From assembly GCA_025201805.1 (NCBI GenBank), contig MU619260.1, positions 181,569 through 245,568 of the forward strand: a stretch of DNA of 64,000 bases. Direction: 5' to 3'. This document shows, in pieces, positions 52,376-64,000 of the stretch. Made by a program: the position numbers and the translations under genes. This DNA comes from Parasitella parasitica NRRL 2501 (Eukaryota; Fungi; Mucoromycota). Positions within the stretch are counted from its first letter, which is position 1. Each line of letters starts with the position of its first letter. The notes under the pieces were generated by a model. The model was not told the DNA's origin, ran no database searches, and saw only the letters and a list, made by a program, of their open reading frames with translations.

Positions 52376-55300
52376 ATGATGACTTTTGAAGAAAGTAGTG
52401 GTGTACCCAAAATTCTGTTCTCACAGCGAACCAAGAAAAAGTATAGCCGTGTTATAGGCTTTGGTAAGAAGAACGTCTCTGTTTGGTATGTAACAAACTG
52501 ACGCCATTTTCATAGACCTTGGATCATCTGCTCTTTGCTGCTCGCTCTCCACTGACAAAAACCCAGTCATCGCGTCAGTGTTCAAAGATTGGATCAATGG
52601 CTCAAAACGAAGATCCTCGTATCCTGCTTGCATTCAGTACAAAAACTGGCCTGCTTCGACTGACGATATCAGAGTCGGTTTTAAAGGTCGTCCCAAAGTT
52701 ACTGCAATTAACGATGGCGATGTCTATATCCCCAATATCAAAGGATATGTAACCCGATGGATTACGGAAGGCACTAGTGAGGATGGCCCTGCAGCAGACC
52801 TGGTTCTCTTCAACTTTTTTGAAGCCGTACGGGCTAATTTCGAAAAAGTGTTCCTTGAGCTAAACAAAGATGCAGCAAAATCCTACACCCTTGACAATTG
52901 TCGATTCTGTTTCGCAGTTCCTGACAGTCTCAAGGGTAGACTGGAATACACTGGCCTTATCCGAGAAGCCTTCAAAAGGGCTGGGTTTCTCAAGGAAGAC
53001 GATGATGACAATCGACTGATATTTGTCTGCGATGCAGTAGCTGCTGGCTACAACTGTCTGGCCACACCACGTATTTTTAGCGGAATTGAGCTCGAGAAAA
53101 GCTATTTAGTTGCTGATATTGGGTACGATTCAGCCAAATTCTCAGTTATCAAGGCTCAGACAACAGAGGCTGGCAGCTTTGTCGAATCCGTCATTTCAAG
53201 TGGAACTAAAGGTTATCGCAGCCTCAATGATAATTTCAGAAGCTATTTGGTAGAGAAATCTGAAACGCTTGGCTTAGACATTACCAATCTTAGACAGCTT
53301 GACCAAATTGTTGAATCGTTTGAAAAATATGAAAAGGTATATATGTACATCCATCTTGGCTCAAGCGATGTGTTAAATTTTGTGTAAATTAGGTCAAAAT
53401 TGATTTGAACGATGACGAGGAAACGACGAGCTTCAAAGGCATATCTGGCTCTGTAGAAGTTAGCAACACAGATCTACGACAAGTTGTTTTCGAGCCGTTC
53501 CTGGATGGCATTTTCAGCCTGATCTACGCCCAGTGTGAGGCAAACTCCATCAAGGAAATTATTTTCCGCGGTCAGTACTGTGAAGATCCTTACTTTTATT
53601 ACAAATGCAAAAAATTTACTACCGACGCTACAAAGATGAGGAAGCTGAAGAGTATTCCTACTTGCACTGTATGGGAAAAAGAACCACAATTCATGGTTTC
53701 CAATGGTGCTGTCTCGTTTGGTCTCAGGTCGGCTTCAACACAAATCCCTACTTTGGTCAGCCAGCAGATTTCAGGAATAAAAGAAAGAGATATTCCACCT
53801 AATTCATCCACTTCACCCACTTTATCCACACTAGCCATTTCAAACAATCAGCAACCGAACAAAGCCTCTGCGCAACCTACTGTCGTCCCTAAAGGTCACT
53901 TTGCTGTTGGAATTGGTAGGTTGAATCAAGTATCCAATTTGAACTGGTTGTAACGATTTTCTGATCCATAGATTTTGGAACGACATTTTCCGGATGCTCT
54001 TTTGCTGATATCAGTACGGTAGATTCAAATAACAGACGCGAGATTATTCCGGTTAATGAATGGTAAGGAGGCAGTGTGAGTTAAGAGCGAAGCATGTATT
54101 GATACCGCTCGCATTTACTCAGGCATCAGGCTCAGCCGTATCCTAAAATCTCGACAGCACTGAGATACAACGAGTACAAAAAAGAGTTCACCCAATACTG
54201 GGGTTTTGATGCCTTAGACAAGCGAAAGAAGAAAGGAGACATCAACTTGGAATTCTTTAAGCTTCTTCTGTCGCCCGATAACGTTGAGAGATTTTATGGC
54301 AAAGGAAATAGAGACATTCAGGACATCACAGATAGACTTTTCATGTTCAATGTTGGTCCTCAAAGCGAAAGAAAAAGCAACCATATCAAAACCTTGACAC
54401 CAGTGGATATCATTGCAGAATACTTGTGGAATTTCAATGCCAAAATCAGAGAGATCTTGAACAAAAGATTTAGAGTTAGCTTTAAAGACATGAAATTACA
54501 CTACGTGCTTACAGTCCCTGCCATGTGGACCGAGACTGGTAGATCTACCATGATAGAGGCTGCAATAAAGGCTGGATTGATGAAAAGGGGCGAAGAGAAA
54601 ACAGTGCAGCTTATCACTGAGCCTGAAGCAGCTGCACTCTCCTGCGAAGAATTCATGAAGCACACTTTTAGACTTACAGACGATCTTTACAAAGAGGGCT
54701 TAAATTTCATCGTCTTTGACGCTGGCGGAGGAACTGTCGATCTGGTCACTTTCCGACAACAAAGAGTTGATGGTTATGACAGCATCCATCAAATCGGTGA
54801 TGGTACTGGTGGCACTTGCGGCGCTGTTAATTTAGACAGAAAATTCAGAGAATTGATCGAAACGTTTTATACTCAAGTAATGGGTGTGGGAGATGCAGAA
54901 GAAGAATTTTACAAGCACCACATGGATCGCTTCAAACAAGAAATAAAGGTATGCGTTTCAGTATACCGCCAAACAGCGTGTCAGTATTTTTTCTCAATAA
55001 TTATTAGGAAAATTTTATGCCTACTAATAACCCTAAACGCGAATTTAAAATCGAATTACCAAGGTTTCCCGAGATTCCTATCGATGCTGAGCCTCAGGCG
55101 TACCCTGGATTTGATAATAATTGCAAACTAACGCCTGACAAAAAGACGTTTATAATAACAGAAAGCGATATACAAGAGCTTGTTTTTGACCCTGTCATTG
55201 AAGAAGTACTTGTGTTGCTCAAAAAACAGATTGAAAAAAGCGCCCAGTTCCCATTATCTGCTGTTCTTTTAGTTGGTGGCTTCAGTCAATCAAGATACTT

Positions 55301-56007
55301 GCAAAAGAGAGTCAAGGATTATTGCAAAGAGAACAACATTCCGCATGTTGGCATACCCCCTGAAGGTGTAACGGCTATTTCTCGAGGCGCCGTATCTTAT
55401 TTTTTGGATCCTCGCCTAGTATCAAAGAAAAGCGCCAATGTTTCGTACGCCATTCAAGTTGACCTGCCAAACAGAGAAGGTGATAAAAGCCATTTGGCTT
55501 ATTTTATTCGAAAAGGTACTCCTATTGAAGTGGAAGAAACACTGTATCAGCAAACTGTCTCTGTTAACTACCCTGAAAGTGCTGTCATTGGTAATTATTT
55601 TGACCTTGCGTTGTTTATGGATAAATGCTAAATTCCTTTTATTAGCACTCTTTTCCAGAGATGAAAAGACAATGCCTGATAAAAACGATCGAATCGAAGC
55701 ATTTCAATCAAATGAACAAAATGATATCAAAAAAGTAGCCGAATATGTAATTGATTTACCTGAAAATCAATCCATTAAAAACGGCACACCTGTCCAGCTG
55801 GAGATATCCTTGAAAATGACTGTAGAGGGGGTATCGCTCAACATAAAGAGCCTCAATTCTCTCATTAAAATAGAGCAGAGTGGACAAATTGATGAGGCTG
55901 CTTCTATCCTTTTTGAGAGGATCCAACCTGAACCTTTGAATATCCACTTGAATGCGGAAAAAGTTCATTCTTTTAATATTTTCTCCATTTTTTCATCCAA
56001 AAAGTAA
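52376..56007 (+). CDS. Tandem Hsp70/actin-fold ATPase protein (HSPA12-like), copy B
   Basis: Domain 1: VIGF|DLGSS, FAVP, degenerate CDAVAAG/ADIGYDS. Domain 2: AVGI|DFGTTFSG, LTVPAMW, ITEPEAAA, FDAGGGTVD, TCGAVNLD, LVGGFSQSRYL, AISRGAV. Confidence 0.87.
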
Positions 56008-56542
56008 TAGATCTGAAAAAAAAATTTGGACAAAGTATAATAAAGTTAGCTTTATGTGTTGTCAGGTAGCCAGTTTTCTTCTATGATTTGCACTACAAGA
56101 TATTGGATGTCCATGTACAGATTTACGACCTAGATGTTAAAGGATCAATGCCGTAATTTACGACTTTTTTGGACTCTTTTCGAGGGTTGAAGTTGCTTTA
56201 TAGTTCTAAAAATCATCTGCTCGATCCTTTTTGTAAGGTACAAGTATCTGATACAAAGTAGCAGTTGTACATAACATTCGTGAGCGGTCAGATCCGCTCA
56301 TTGTAAACATCATCGGAGTTTTATTCATAATGTTAATATTCAATTTCCGTTCAGGGCTGATGTTTGATTAATTCAATTTTAGGCTTTTTGCAAGTGAATC
56401 AAAGATGAAGTAACTGCCATGATAATTTATTTGATAAAATGTTAATGATATGTAACAAGTATTAAGAAAAAAATAAAACGAGAAAATATAATATTACAAA
56501 TTTAGAATTTATGCTATACAAAGTTTTGATGTCTGACATGTT

Positions 56543-57460
56543 TTAGTTACGACCACGACCACGGCCGCGACCACCGAAACCACGACCACGGTCTCCACCA
56601 CGACCACGACCACCAAAGCTACGACCACGATCTCCACCACGGCCACGTCCACCACTGAAACCACCACGAGGAGGACGGCTACGGACTCTGGAAGTATCAT
56701 CCCCACCACTGAAATCAGTGCGAATAGGACGGCCTTCAATGCTTACACCGTTCATTTCCTTGACAGCAGCCTCGGCTTGACCATCAGTTTCGAACTCAAC
56801 ATAGGCAATACCACGAATCTTACCAGTCTCTCTGTTGAAAGGTAAACGAATATCACCGATAATAGTACCAAATTTCTCGAAAGCTTCGCGGATACTGTCT
56901 TCGTTAAGGCTGTGAGCTAAATTGGCCATAAAAACGGTATTTGTCTTGGGACCAAAGTTAGTATCCTTAACGCGAGGAGTAGCGGGATTCGCATTGTCAA
57001 CCTTGATGGTGCGATCCATGAATGTAGTACCATCCAGTTCCATAGCAGCAGCCTTGCCAGACTTTTCAGTGAAGTCAATGTGAGCGAAACCACGAGAGCG
57101 ACCAGTTTGAGGATCTAAACGAAGTCGTATATCAGAGATTTCACCGCAGGATTTGAAATGGTCACGGATATCGTCAGGTGTAGCGTCAAAGCTAAGTTGA
57201 CCAACCCAAACAGTGGCACCTTCAGCACCGAAAGCCTTTTTTGTAACTTCTTCAACCTTGACAGTCTTCTTGGGACGTTTCTCTTCTTGCTCATCCTCAG
57301 AATGAGAACGTTTGATATTTACCTTTTCTTCCTGGTCATCATCATCAGATTCGTTTTCCGAAGCAGATGGTTCTTCGCTTTCCTCATCAGATGTATTCTC
57401 GTCGCTGGAAGCAGACTTGGGAATTTCTTCGGCTTTGATTTGAGCAACAGACTTTCCCAT
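56543..57460 (-). CDS. Nucleolin-like (Nsr1/Gar2-type) protein: acidic N-terminus, 2 RRMs, RGG tail
   Basis: VWVGQL/RGFAHIDF and VFMANL/RGIAYVEF RNP motifs; GAR C-terminus; intronless 305 aa. Confidence 0.88.
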   Translation of the reverse strand: MGKSVAQIKAEEIPKSASSDENTSDEESEEPSASENESDDDDQEEKVNIKRSHSEDEQEEKRPKKTVKVEEVTKKAFGAEGATVWVGQLSFDATPDDIRDHFKSCGEISDIRLRLDPQTGRSRGFAHIDFTEKSGKAAAMELDGTTFMDRTIKVDNANPATPRVKDTNFGPKTNTVFMANLAHSLNEDSIREAFEKFGTIIGDIRLPFNRETGKIRGIAYVEFETDGQAEAAVKEMNGVSIEGRPIRTDFSGGDDTSRVRSRPPRGGFSGGRGRGGDRGRSFGGRGRGGDRGRGFGGRGRGRGRN

Positions 57461-57504
57461 TTATAAAAAAAAAACAAGTTGAAGAAATTGGATTATAAAA
57501 TTTG

Positions 57505-57505
<1 letters not shown>

Positions 57506-57571
<66 letters not shown>
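57506..57571. repeat. Poly(dA:dT) tract, 66 nt
   Basis: Homopolymer ~45 nt upstream of the nucleolin-like ATG. Confidence 0.9.
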
Positions 57572-58308
57572 CGCCTTTTTATGTAAAATGCATAAGCGTC
57601 TGCTTTTCATGTTGTGACAAGTGACAAGCCACGCTGAGAGAGCATGGAAATGTTCATGAAACATTTGGCAAGTGCCAACCGTACTTTATGATGTGTAAAT
57701 CAGTGTAATGAAAACCAATCAAGTGAATAGAAATGAAGACTTTTCGTAGTAATCGCTTGGTAAAATTGAACATTCAAATGTATGACTTTGCGTTTTCTCG
57801 TTTTAATGAGTGATACGGAGCGACCAACACAGACATGCAAACATTGCTACGAGGGAAGAACGGCAGAGCAAGTACAGTATGGTTTATAAAAATGCGTGCA
57901 GATGAGGGGTACTCTTTGTCTTTCTGTATGTCATCAAATAAGATAGTATTGACGCTGTGTTGTAGCTATCCTGGTTTTAACTCTTGATATGTGTCTGTTC
58001 CCTCTTTTACATGTACGAGTACGAGCCAAGTGTATTAAATGCACGAGCAAAATAATACCAGGGATATATGATGGTTGATTTCCCTGGTTAAAACTGCACA
58101 CTGACAAATGTCACAATACGTAGCTAAACTTTGATTTTAAAGACCATCTATGAATGATTATTATGCACCTAACACACTGCATTTAAAATGGGGCAACTGC
58201 TGGAAATCCATGCATTTAATTAAGCTTTTCCTATCCGACGCGAGTATTCCTTGCCTTTTCCTCTTTTTCTCTTTTTCTGTTTTTCTCTTTTTCTCTAAAC
58301 AATCAAGG

Positions 58309-61300
58309 ATGAGCGTAAGTAACAGCTTGCTGTGTGTCAAGAAAGGCCCCATAACGACCTATAAATTAGGACCAATATCAAGCAAGATTGAGTGAACTTC
58401 GAGCTAAAATAGTTCAAAATGAAAGAATGCGCGATAAAGCCTACCAACTGAAACCGCTTCTAACTGATCGCAACGCCCTTTCTCAATGTGAGACTGAAAT
58501 AAGAGAATGTCAAAAATACATTGATTACTTTACAGAGGAACTAGCCAAGATAGAAACTAAAAAAGAGCTGGACAACGACCTTGGCAGTGGTACCGCACCA
58601 GGAGGACACTTTCCTTCGAATGATGGCTCAACTGCTCCTCCTCCTACTACTACTGCTACTACTGCTACCACTATTACTACTACTAATAATAATACTACCA
58701 CTCCTCCTCCTCCTGCACGTACAACGAGTGCCGGAACACCAGCAGACAACCACCAGGTCAAGAAATACTCAACACTAGGTAAAACGAAACTTGGCATGGA
58801 TACGTATGCATATTGCTAATATTTGCCCCAGATTTATTGACCACAGATACTTTGTACAATAAATCAAAGGTGTCTCTTAAATTGCATGAACTAGAATACA
58901 AACTTGATGTAGAAAACAAAGTGTTGGCAGGTATAAAGACTATGGCCGACGTAATGGACAGAGACCCTTCGCTGAGCGACAGAAAACGACGAGCTGAATT
59001 GCAGCTGCAAATGTATGAAAGCATTGAAAAGCTGAATTTACTGACCAAGGCGTTAAGAAAATACAAGAGCCTTTACATTGGAGAAGGAGACGATGACGAT
59101 GATTATGGTGAGAATAACATTCTTGCGATGCATTTACTGTCTAACGCTAAGCAAACAAACACAGAACTGGAAACACCTCCCTCAGCTCGCATGCCACCGG
59201 GATTCAGAAGACCAGTTACGGGGAAATTACAACTTGAACTTGTTCAGGCACATGGGCTTGCTCATGCACCAACAAGAATGTTCAAGATGCCTGATACTAT
59301 CGTGTATGTCAAGGTTGACGGCAATATTGTTTATCGATCTAGGTTGTCTCGCAATGATAAATGGCTCGATATGTGTGAGACGCATGTCAACAAGGCAACT
59401 GAAGTGGAAATTTCAATCTATGATCAAGAAGCAGAACGTAGCTTGCCGATTGGTATATTTTGGCTTAAAATCACAGACATTGCTGAGGGTTTGCGTAAAA
59501 AGAAGATTCAACAAGAGAGCGGCCCTGGTTGGGTTCCTGCTGAAGTCTATCAAAAACAAGAGAAGGAGGGTCTCGATCGCCTACCCATTCCTCATCAACA
59601 GCAGCTACAGCCCCAACAGCCATCCCATGTCGAATCTAATCAGGAGGGCATTCAGGCCTGGTTCGACGTAGAGCCATCAGGCGAAATGCTGCTTCGTGTC
59701 AACTTTGTGCGTGAGGCTGCCAACCGCCGTCCATTGGATAAGCTAGGTCGTGCTGGCGCTGTGAGACAAAGAAAAGAGGAAGTCCATGAGATGAATGGCC
59801 ATCAGTTTGTAGGGAGGAAATTTTACAACATCATGCGCTGTGCTTTGTGCGGAGAATTTATGGTGAATAGTGGCTACCAGTGCGAAGATTGTGAATATAC
59901 TTGTCATAGGAAATGCTTTACAAAAGTGGTTACCAAGTGCATTTCGAAATCAAATGCTGATAAAGATGCTGCTGACGAAGACAGGTTGAATCATCGCATC
60001 CCTCATCGCTTTGAGCCCATCACCAATATTGGAGCTAACTGGTGCTGCCATTGTGGTTATATGCTACCATTAGGCTCCAAAGGGGCTAAAAAGTGTTACG
60101 AGTGCGGTGTTACCTGTCATATTAAATGCCAGCATTTCATTCCTGATTTCTGCGGTCTGTCTATGGAAATGGCCAACCAAATGTTGGCTGAAATCAAGGC
60201 TGCCAACAGGCGCAAGACATTGGAAAGCACTGCAGTGACTCCGTCTACTTCGACTACTACTACTACTACAGCCGGCAGTAAACCAAGCCGTGCATCTCGG
60301 CCGGACGAGGAAACCAAGTTGGGTGACCAAATATCTCAGTTATCATTGAATCAACAAAAGCCCTTGCCTGTTCCTCAGAATCAACAGCAGCAGAAGCAGC
60401 AGCAACATGTCCAAACGCCTCCGCCTGTATTGCCCACTCATGGTCAACCGTATCAACCTCAACAACAATACCCAGTTCAAATAAATGACCCTCGTTACCA
60501 ACAGCAACAGGCTCATCCTGCATCTCCCTATCAGCAACCTGCTTCTGCCAGTATTTCACCAAATTTGCGGCCTGCATATAGCTACGCCTCTTCTGCATTG
60601 GAAATAGCTCGTCCGCCTGCACAAGCCAAACCAACACAACAACAAGTGGAGGTACAGCAGCCACAGGCAGCACAGCGACGTGTTACACTCAACGACTTTA
60701 ACTTTTTGTTTGTTCTTGGTAAAGGCAACTTTGGTAAAGTCATGTTGGCAGAGGATAAATATGATAAGCGTCTGTATGCTGTCAAGGTATTGAAAAAACG
60801 TTTCATTATCGATAATGATGAGATCGAGAGGTAAGCTTGATGTGCGCATATCAACACAATTTTTTTTCTAACACTAGTGCAGTGTTCGATCAGAAAAGCG
60901 TATCTTTCAAGCTGCTAATCGTGAAAAGCACCCCTTCTTGATTGGCCTTCAGTCATGTTTCCAAACGGAATCTCGCATTTACTTTGTCATGGAGTATGTC
61001 AGTGGCGGTGATTTGATGTGGCACATCCAAAGAGAACCCTTTTCTGAGAGAAGAGCCAAGTTTTATGCTTGTCAAGTCTTGCTGGCATTGGAGTATTTCC
61101 ATAGTCAAGGTATCATTTATCGTGATCTCAAACTGGATAATATCATGCTGGGATTAGATGGCCATATCAAAGTAGCTGATTATGGTCTTTGTAAAGAAAA
61201 CATTTGGCACGATGATACAACAGGGACATTCTGTGGGACACCAGAGTTCATGGCACCTGAAATCCTGCTGGAGCAAAAATATGGTCGCGCTGTAGATTGG

Positions 61301-61800
61301 TGGGCATTCGGTGTTCTTGTATATGAAATGTTGCTTGGTCAATCACCTTTTCGTGGTGAAGATGAGGATGAAATTTTTGATGCAATTTTGGAAGATGAAA
61401 TACTGTATCCTGTAAATATGTCGAGAGATTCCGTTTCTATTTGTCAAAGAGTGAGTTTTTGTAGTAAAGTGTATCTTGTATGTGATGCTAATTGGTGAAA
61501 TAGCTACTGAATCGAGATCCTAAAAAGAGATTAGGTGCTGGTTCGTCGGATGCTGCTGAAATCAAAGAGCACCCCTTTTTCAGTGGTGTCAATTGGGATG
61601 ATATGCTTGCTAAACGCGTTCCCCCTCCTTTCTGTCCGTCTATTACTGGGCCGCTTGATACGTCCAATTTTGATGAGGAATTCACTCGCGAAAGGCCGGC
61701 CTTGACTCCAATCAATAGCGTATTGAACCGTGCTGAGCAACAAGAATTCCAATCCTTTTCATATGTTGCTGATTGGACTCAAGGAGCACCTAAATGGTAG
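58309..61800 (+). CDS. PKC1: Fungal protein kinase C (HR1-HR1-C2-C1-C1-kinase)
   Basis: 6-nt first exon ATGAGC; pseudosubstrate [11 protein letters not shown]; two C1 domains (HQF...CALC, HRF...CCHC); [51 protein letters not shown]. Confidence 0.96.
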
Positions 61801-61887
61801 TTTTTCACTATCTCCCTTTTTTTTTAAGAAACAAATTAAATTAATTAACGATGATACTTCTGTATTGAAAATATGAATGAAAATCAT

Positions 61888-62805
61888 TTATTTCGTACTA
61901 AGCTTAACTCTTTGAAGATAAGCATCCCAACCAGCTTGACGATAACGTTTAGCTTGAGCTTCCACTTGATCTGGATTGCCATAAATACCACGACCAACGA
62001 TAATAATGTCCCCACCGCTTTCAACAATAACTTCATGAGGAGTCCTGTATTGTTGACCTAAACCATCACCCTTCACATCAAGTCCCACACCAGGGGACAT
62101 GACGATAAAATCTTCATCGTCATATTCATTCATCTTGTGTTGAGCAATGAAACCGAAAACAAAGTCCTTATTACGACGTGCCATTTCAACAGACTCAGAT
62201 GTGTAACTACCTTTGGTCAAGGCACCTTTGGATGACATTTCAGCCAGCAAAAGCAAACCACGGCCAAGGGGAAGACCAACCTCACCAAGACCCTTGATAA
62301 TACCTTCACCAGGTACAGTGTGTGCATTTGTGATGTGTGACCAAGAAGCGATCTTGTAGATGCCATTGGCATATTGATGTTTGACAGTGTTGCCTAGCAA
62401 CGGATTGAAATTGATATACAATTTTAGCAAGTCAGATCAAATTAAGAAACTTACCAATATCAGCAAATTTACGATCCTCAAAAATTAAAAAGTCGTGCTT
62501 CATGGATAAGGCTTCCAATTGATGAACCAGATCATAGTCAAAATCTTCAACAATGTCAATGTGCGTCTTGAAGCAACTTTTTTTAATTTTATGAAATTAA
62601 AAAGAATCTCTTTCTTTGATTTTACCTTGAGTACACAAACAAAAGGACCAACAGCATCAGCTATTGATAATAATTCCTTCTTTGTGGTGACATCTACAGC
62701 AACAGATAAATTTGATTGCTTGCGCTCCATTAATTGGAAAAGAGAACGAGCACAAGCATTAGGATGTTTTTCTCCACGCTCAGTATAAGTTTTGTTCGTG
62801 TTCAT
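61888..62805 (-). CDS. pyrG: Orotidine-5'-phosphate decarboxylase (3 exons)
   Basis: [11 protein letters not shown]|[19 protein letters not shown]|[38 protein letters not shown]. Confidence 0.98.
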
Positions 62806-62895
62806 ATTATCAAGTAAGAGATGAGTGAAAGAATGATGGATTTATAAAAGGCTTTTCTAGTTTTTTTTTATATTTTTCACTCTTTGCAACTAAAG

Positions 62896-64000
62896 TCACG
62901 AATCTTCTTCTTCTATAGGTGATAACAGACCTGATGAAGATAGTTTACGATCTAGTAAATTCATTCTTAAATTATCAAAACTTCCAGAGGGTAGAGAGTT
63001 ATACACCTTCTTCACCCATTCACTTTCCATGCGGAATATCACCCAGATCCAGCGTCTAAAAACCTCGAGTAACTCCAATAAAAAGATGCTTCCATCTAGT
63101 TTTCGAATGTAGATGTGTGAGCTTAGTTTTAAACTCCAGGTAATTCGAAGCAGGAAATCAAAAAAGACAGCAATAATGTACCAAAGTGGCTGCGAGAAAT
63201 AGAGTTGTCTTCGGAAATGTATGATGGGTGTAGTATGCTTTTGTGGTGGTAAGTGAATGGCTTTGGGATGTGTGTTTTCGTCAGACTGTGGTGTTTCAAA
63301 TGTAATGCTCAACAAGTTCCAATCCATTGAAATATCCCACCAAAATGAAAACATGGAATTAATAAATACAAACAGCATCCTGCAACTCCCAGTTAGTCAA
63401 AATATATTTATCATATATATACATGTTTATACATACCAAAATCTGAAAATCGTGTCTTCTTTCAAATACCAATTTTGAGGCACCGTACCTGATTCTGCAA
63501 TGTAGATGGCTGCCTTTCTCTGTATAGCTGAAAATATAACTACTGGTATCGAGGATGTATATTTGAGAGCGTTGAATACATGTCGCCTTTCTTTAGATTC
63601 AATATACTCGGACATGCACTGTTTTAATCGAATCAGGTAGGGAAGACTATAGCAATATTTAGTCGTGATGAAATATGAATTTATCTTTGTATACAAGTAC
63701 CTTATCAGAAGAGGAATCATGTAGTCTCTATAATACAAATTATGTGTGTTATCCATGAAATAAGAGGGATTATGCCCCGCAAACATGACACACAATGCTA
63801 TAAACAAATCACCAAATACATTTGAGAAACTAGTCAACATGTCTGCCAAGATAATATCAGAAAAGAATACGGGGGCATACATATTGATTGAAAACACTCT
63901 TCTTAGGATCCTAAGAGCGAGGAAATCATAAGTTAGTATTGAAGAAAAGCAAAAGCTCTGCTATGAATATACCTTATAAAACGGATTCTTTCCTTTCGTT
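62896..64000 (-). CDS. EXS-family (Erd1/XPR1-like) membrane protein, 5' end outside window
   Basis: FSDIILADMLTSFS, LPYLIRLKQC, NALKYTS, WWDISMDWNL, DFLLRITWS, LEVFRRWIWVIFRMESEW. Confidence 0.9.

Noticed and set aside
56509-56739. Val-rich TM-like ORF
   Set aside because: Alternative frame of the RGG-repeat coding sequence
1-64000. tRNA, rRNA or snoRNA genes, and numerous antisense ORFs within long CDSs
   Set aside because: No RNA gene recognisable by eye (tRNAscan-SE/Infernal would be needed); antisense ORFs are shadows of real genes

Overview
AT-rich, intron-rich eukaryotic DNA, almost certainly a Mucorales fungus (pyrG, Crypton and Tc1-like sequences resemble Rhizopus/Blakeslea/Mucor types). 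Housekeeping genes in order: SEN1 (5'-partial), SUN-domain protein, myotubularin, PIG-M/GPI14, MPC1, a PP2A-family phosphatase, CDC42, BLM10/PA200, a PH-domain protein, a VHS-GAT protein, RSM22, a nucleolin-like RRM protein, PKC1, pyrG and an EXS/ERD1 gene (runs off the window). Accessory content: three decayed Tc1/IS630-like transposases, two of them followed by a decayed putative PD-(D/E)XK-fold gene; an apparently intact three-exon Crypton tyrosine-recombinase transposon; and two divergently oriented paralogues, each built from a degenerate Hsp70/actin-fold domain fused to an intact one. The most unusual items are absent or broken in the ORF track: (i) a spliced 84-aa protein in which the exact ubiquitin C-terminus LRLRGG is fused to a 9-Cys CYSTM-like tail with no ubiquitin fold; (ii) a spliced 17-aa micro-ORF with gene-like flanks; (iii) a myotubularin whose expected start codon is ATT. 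All exon models were read by eye and no database searches were run.
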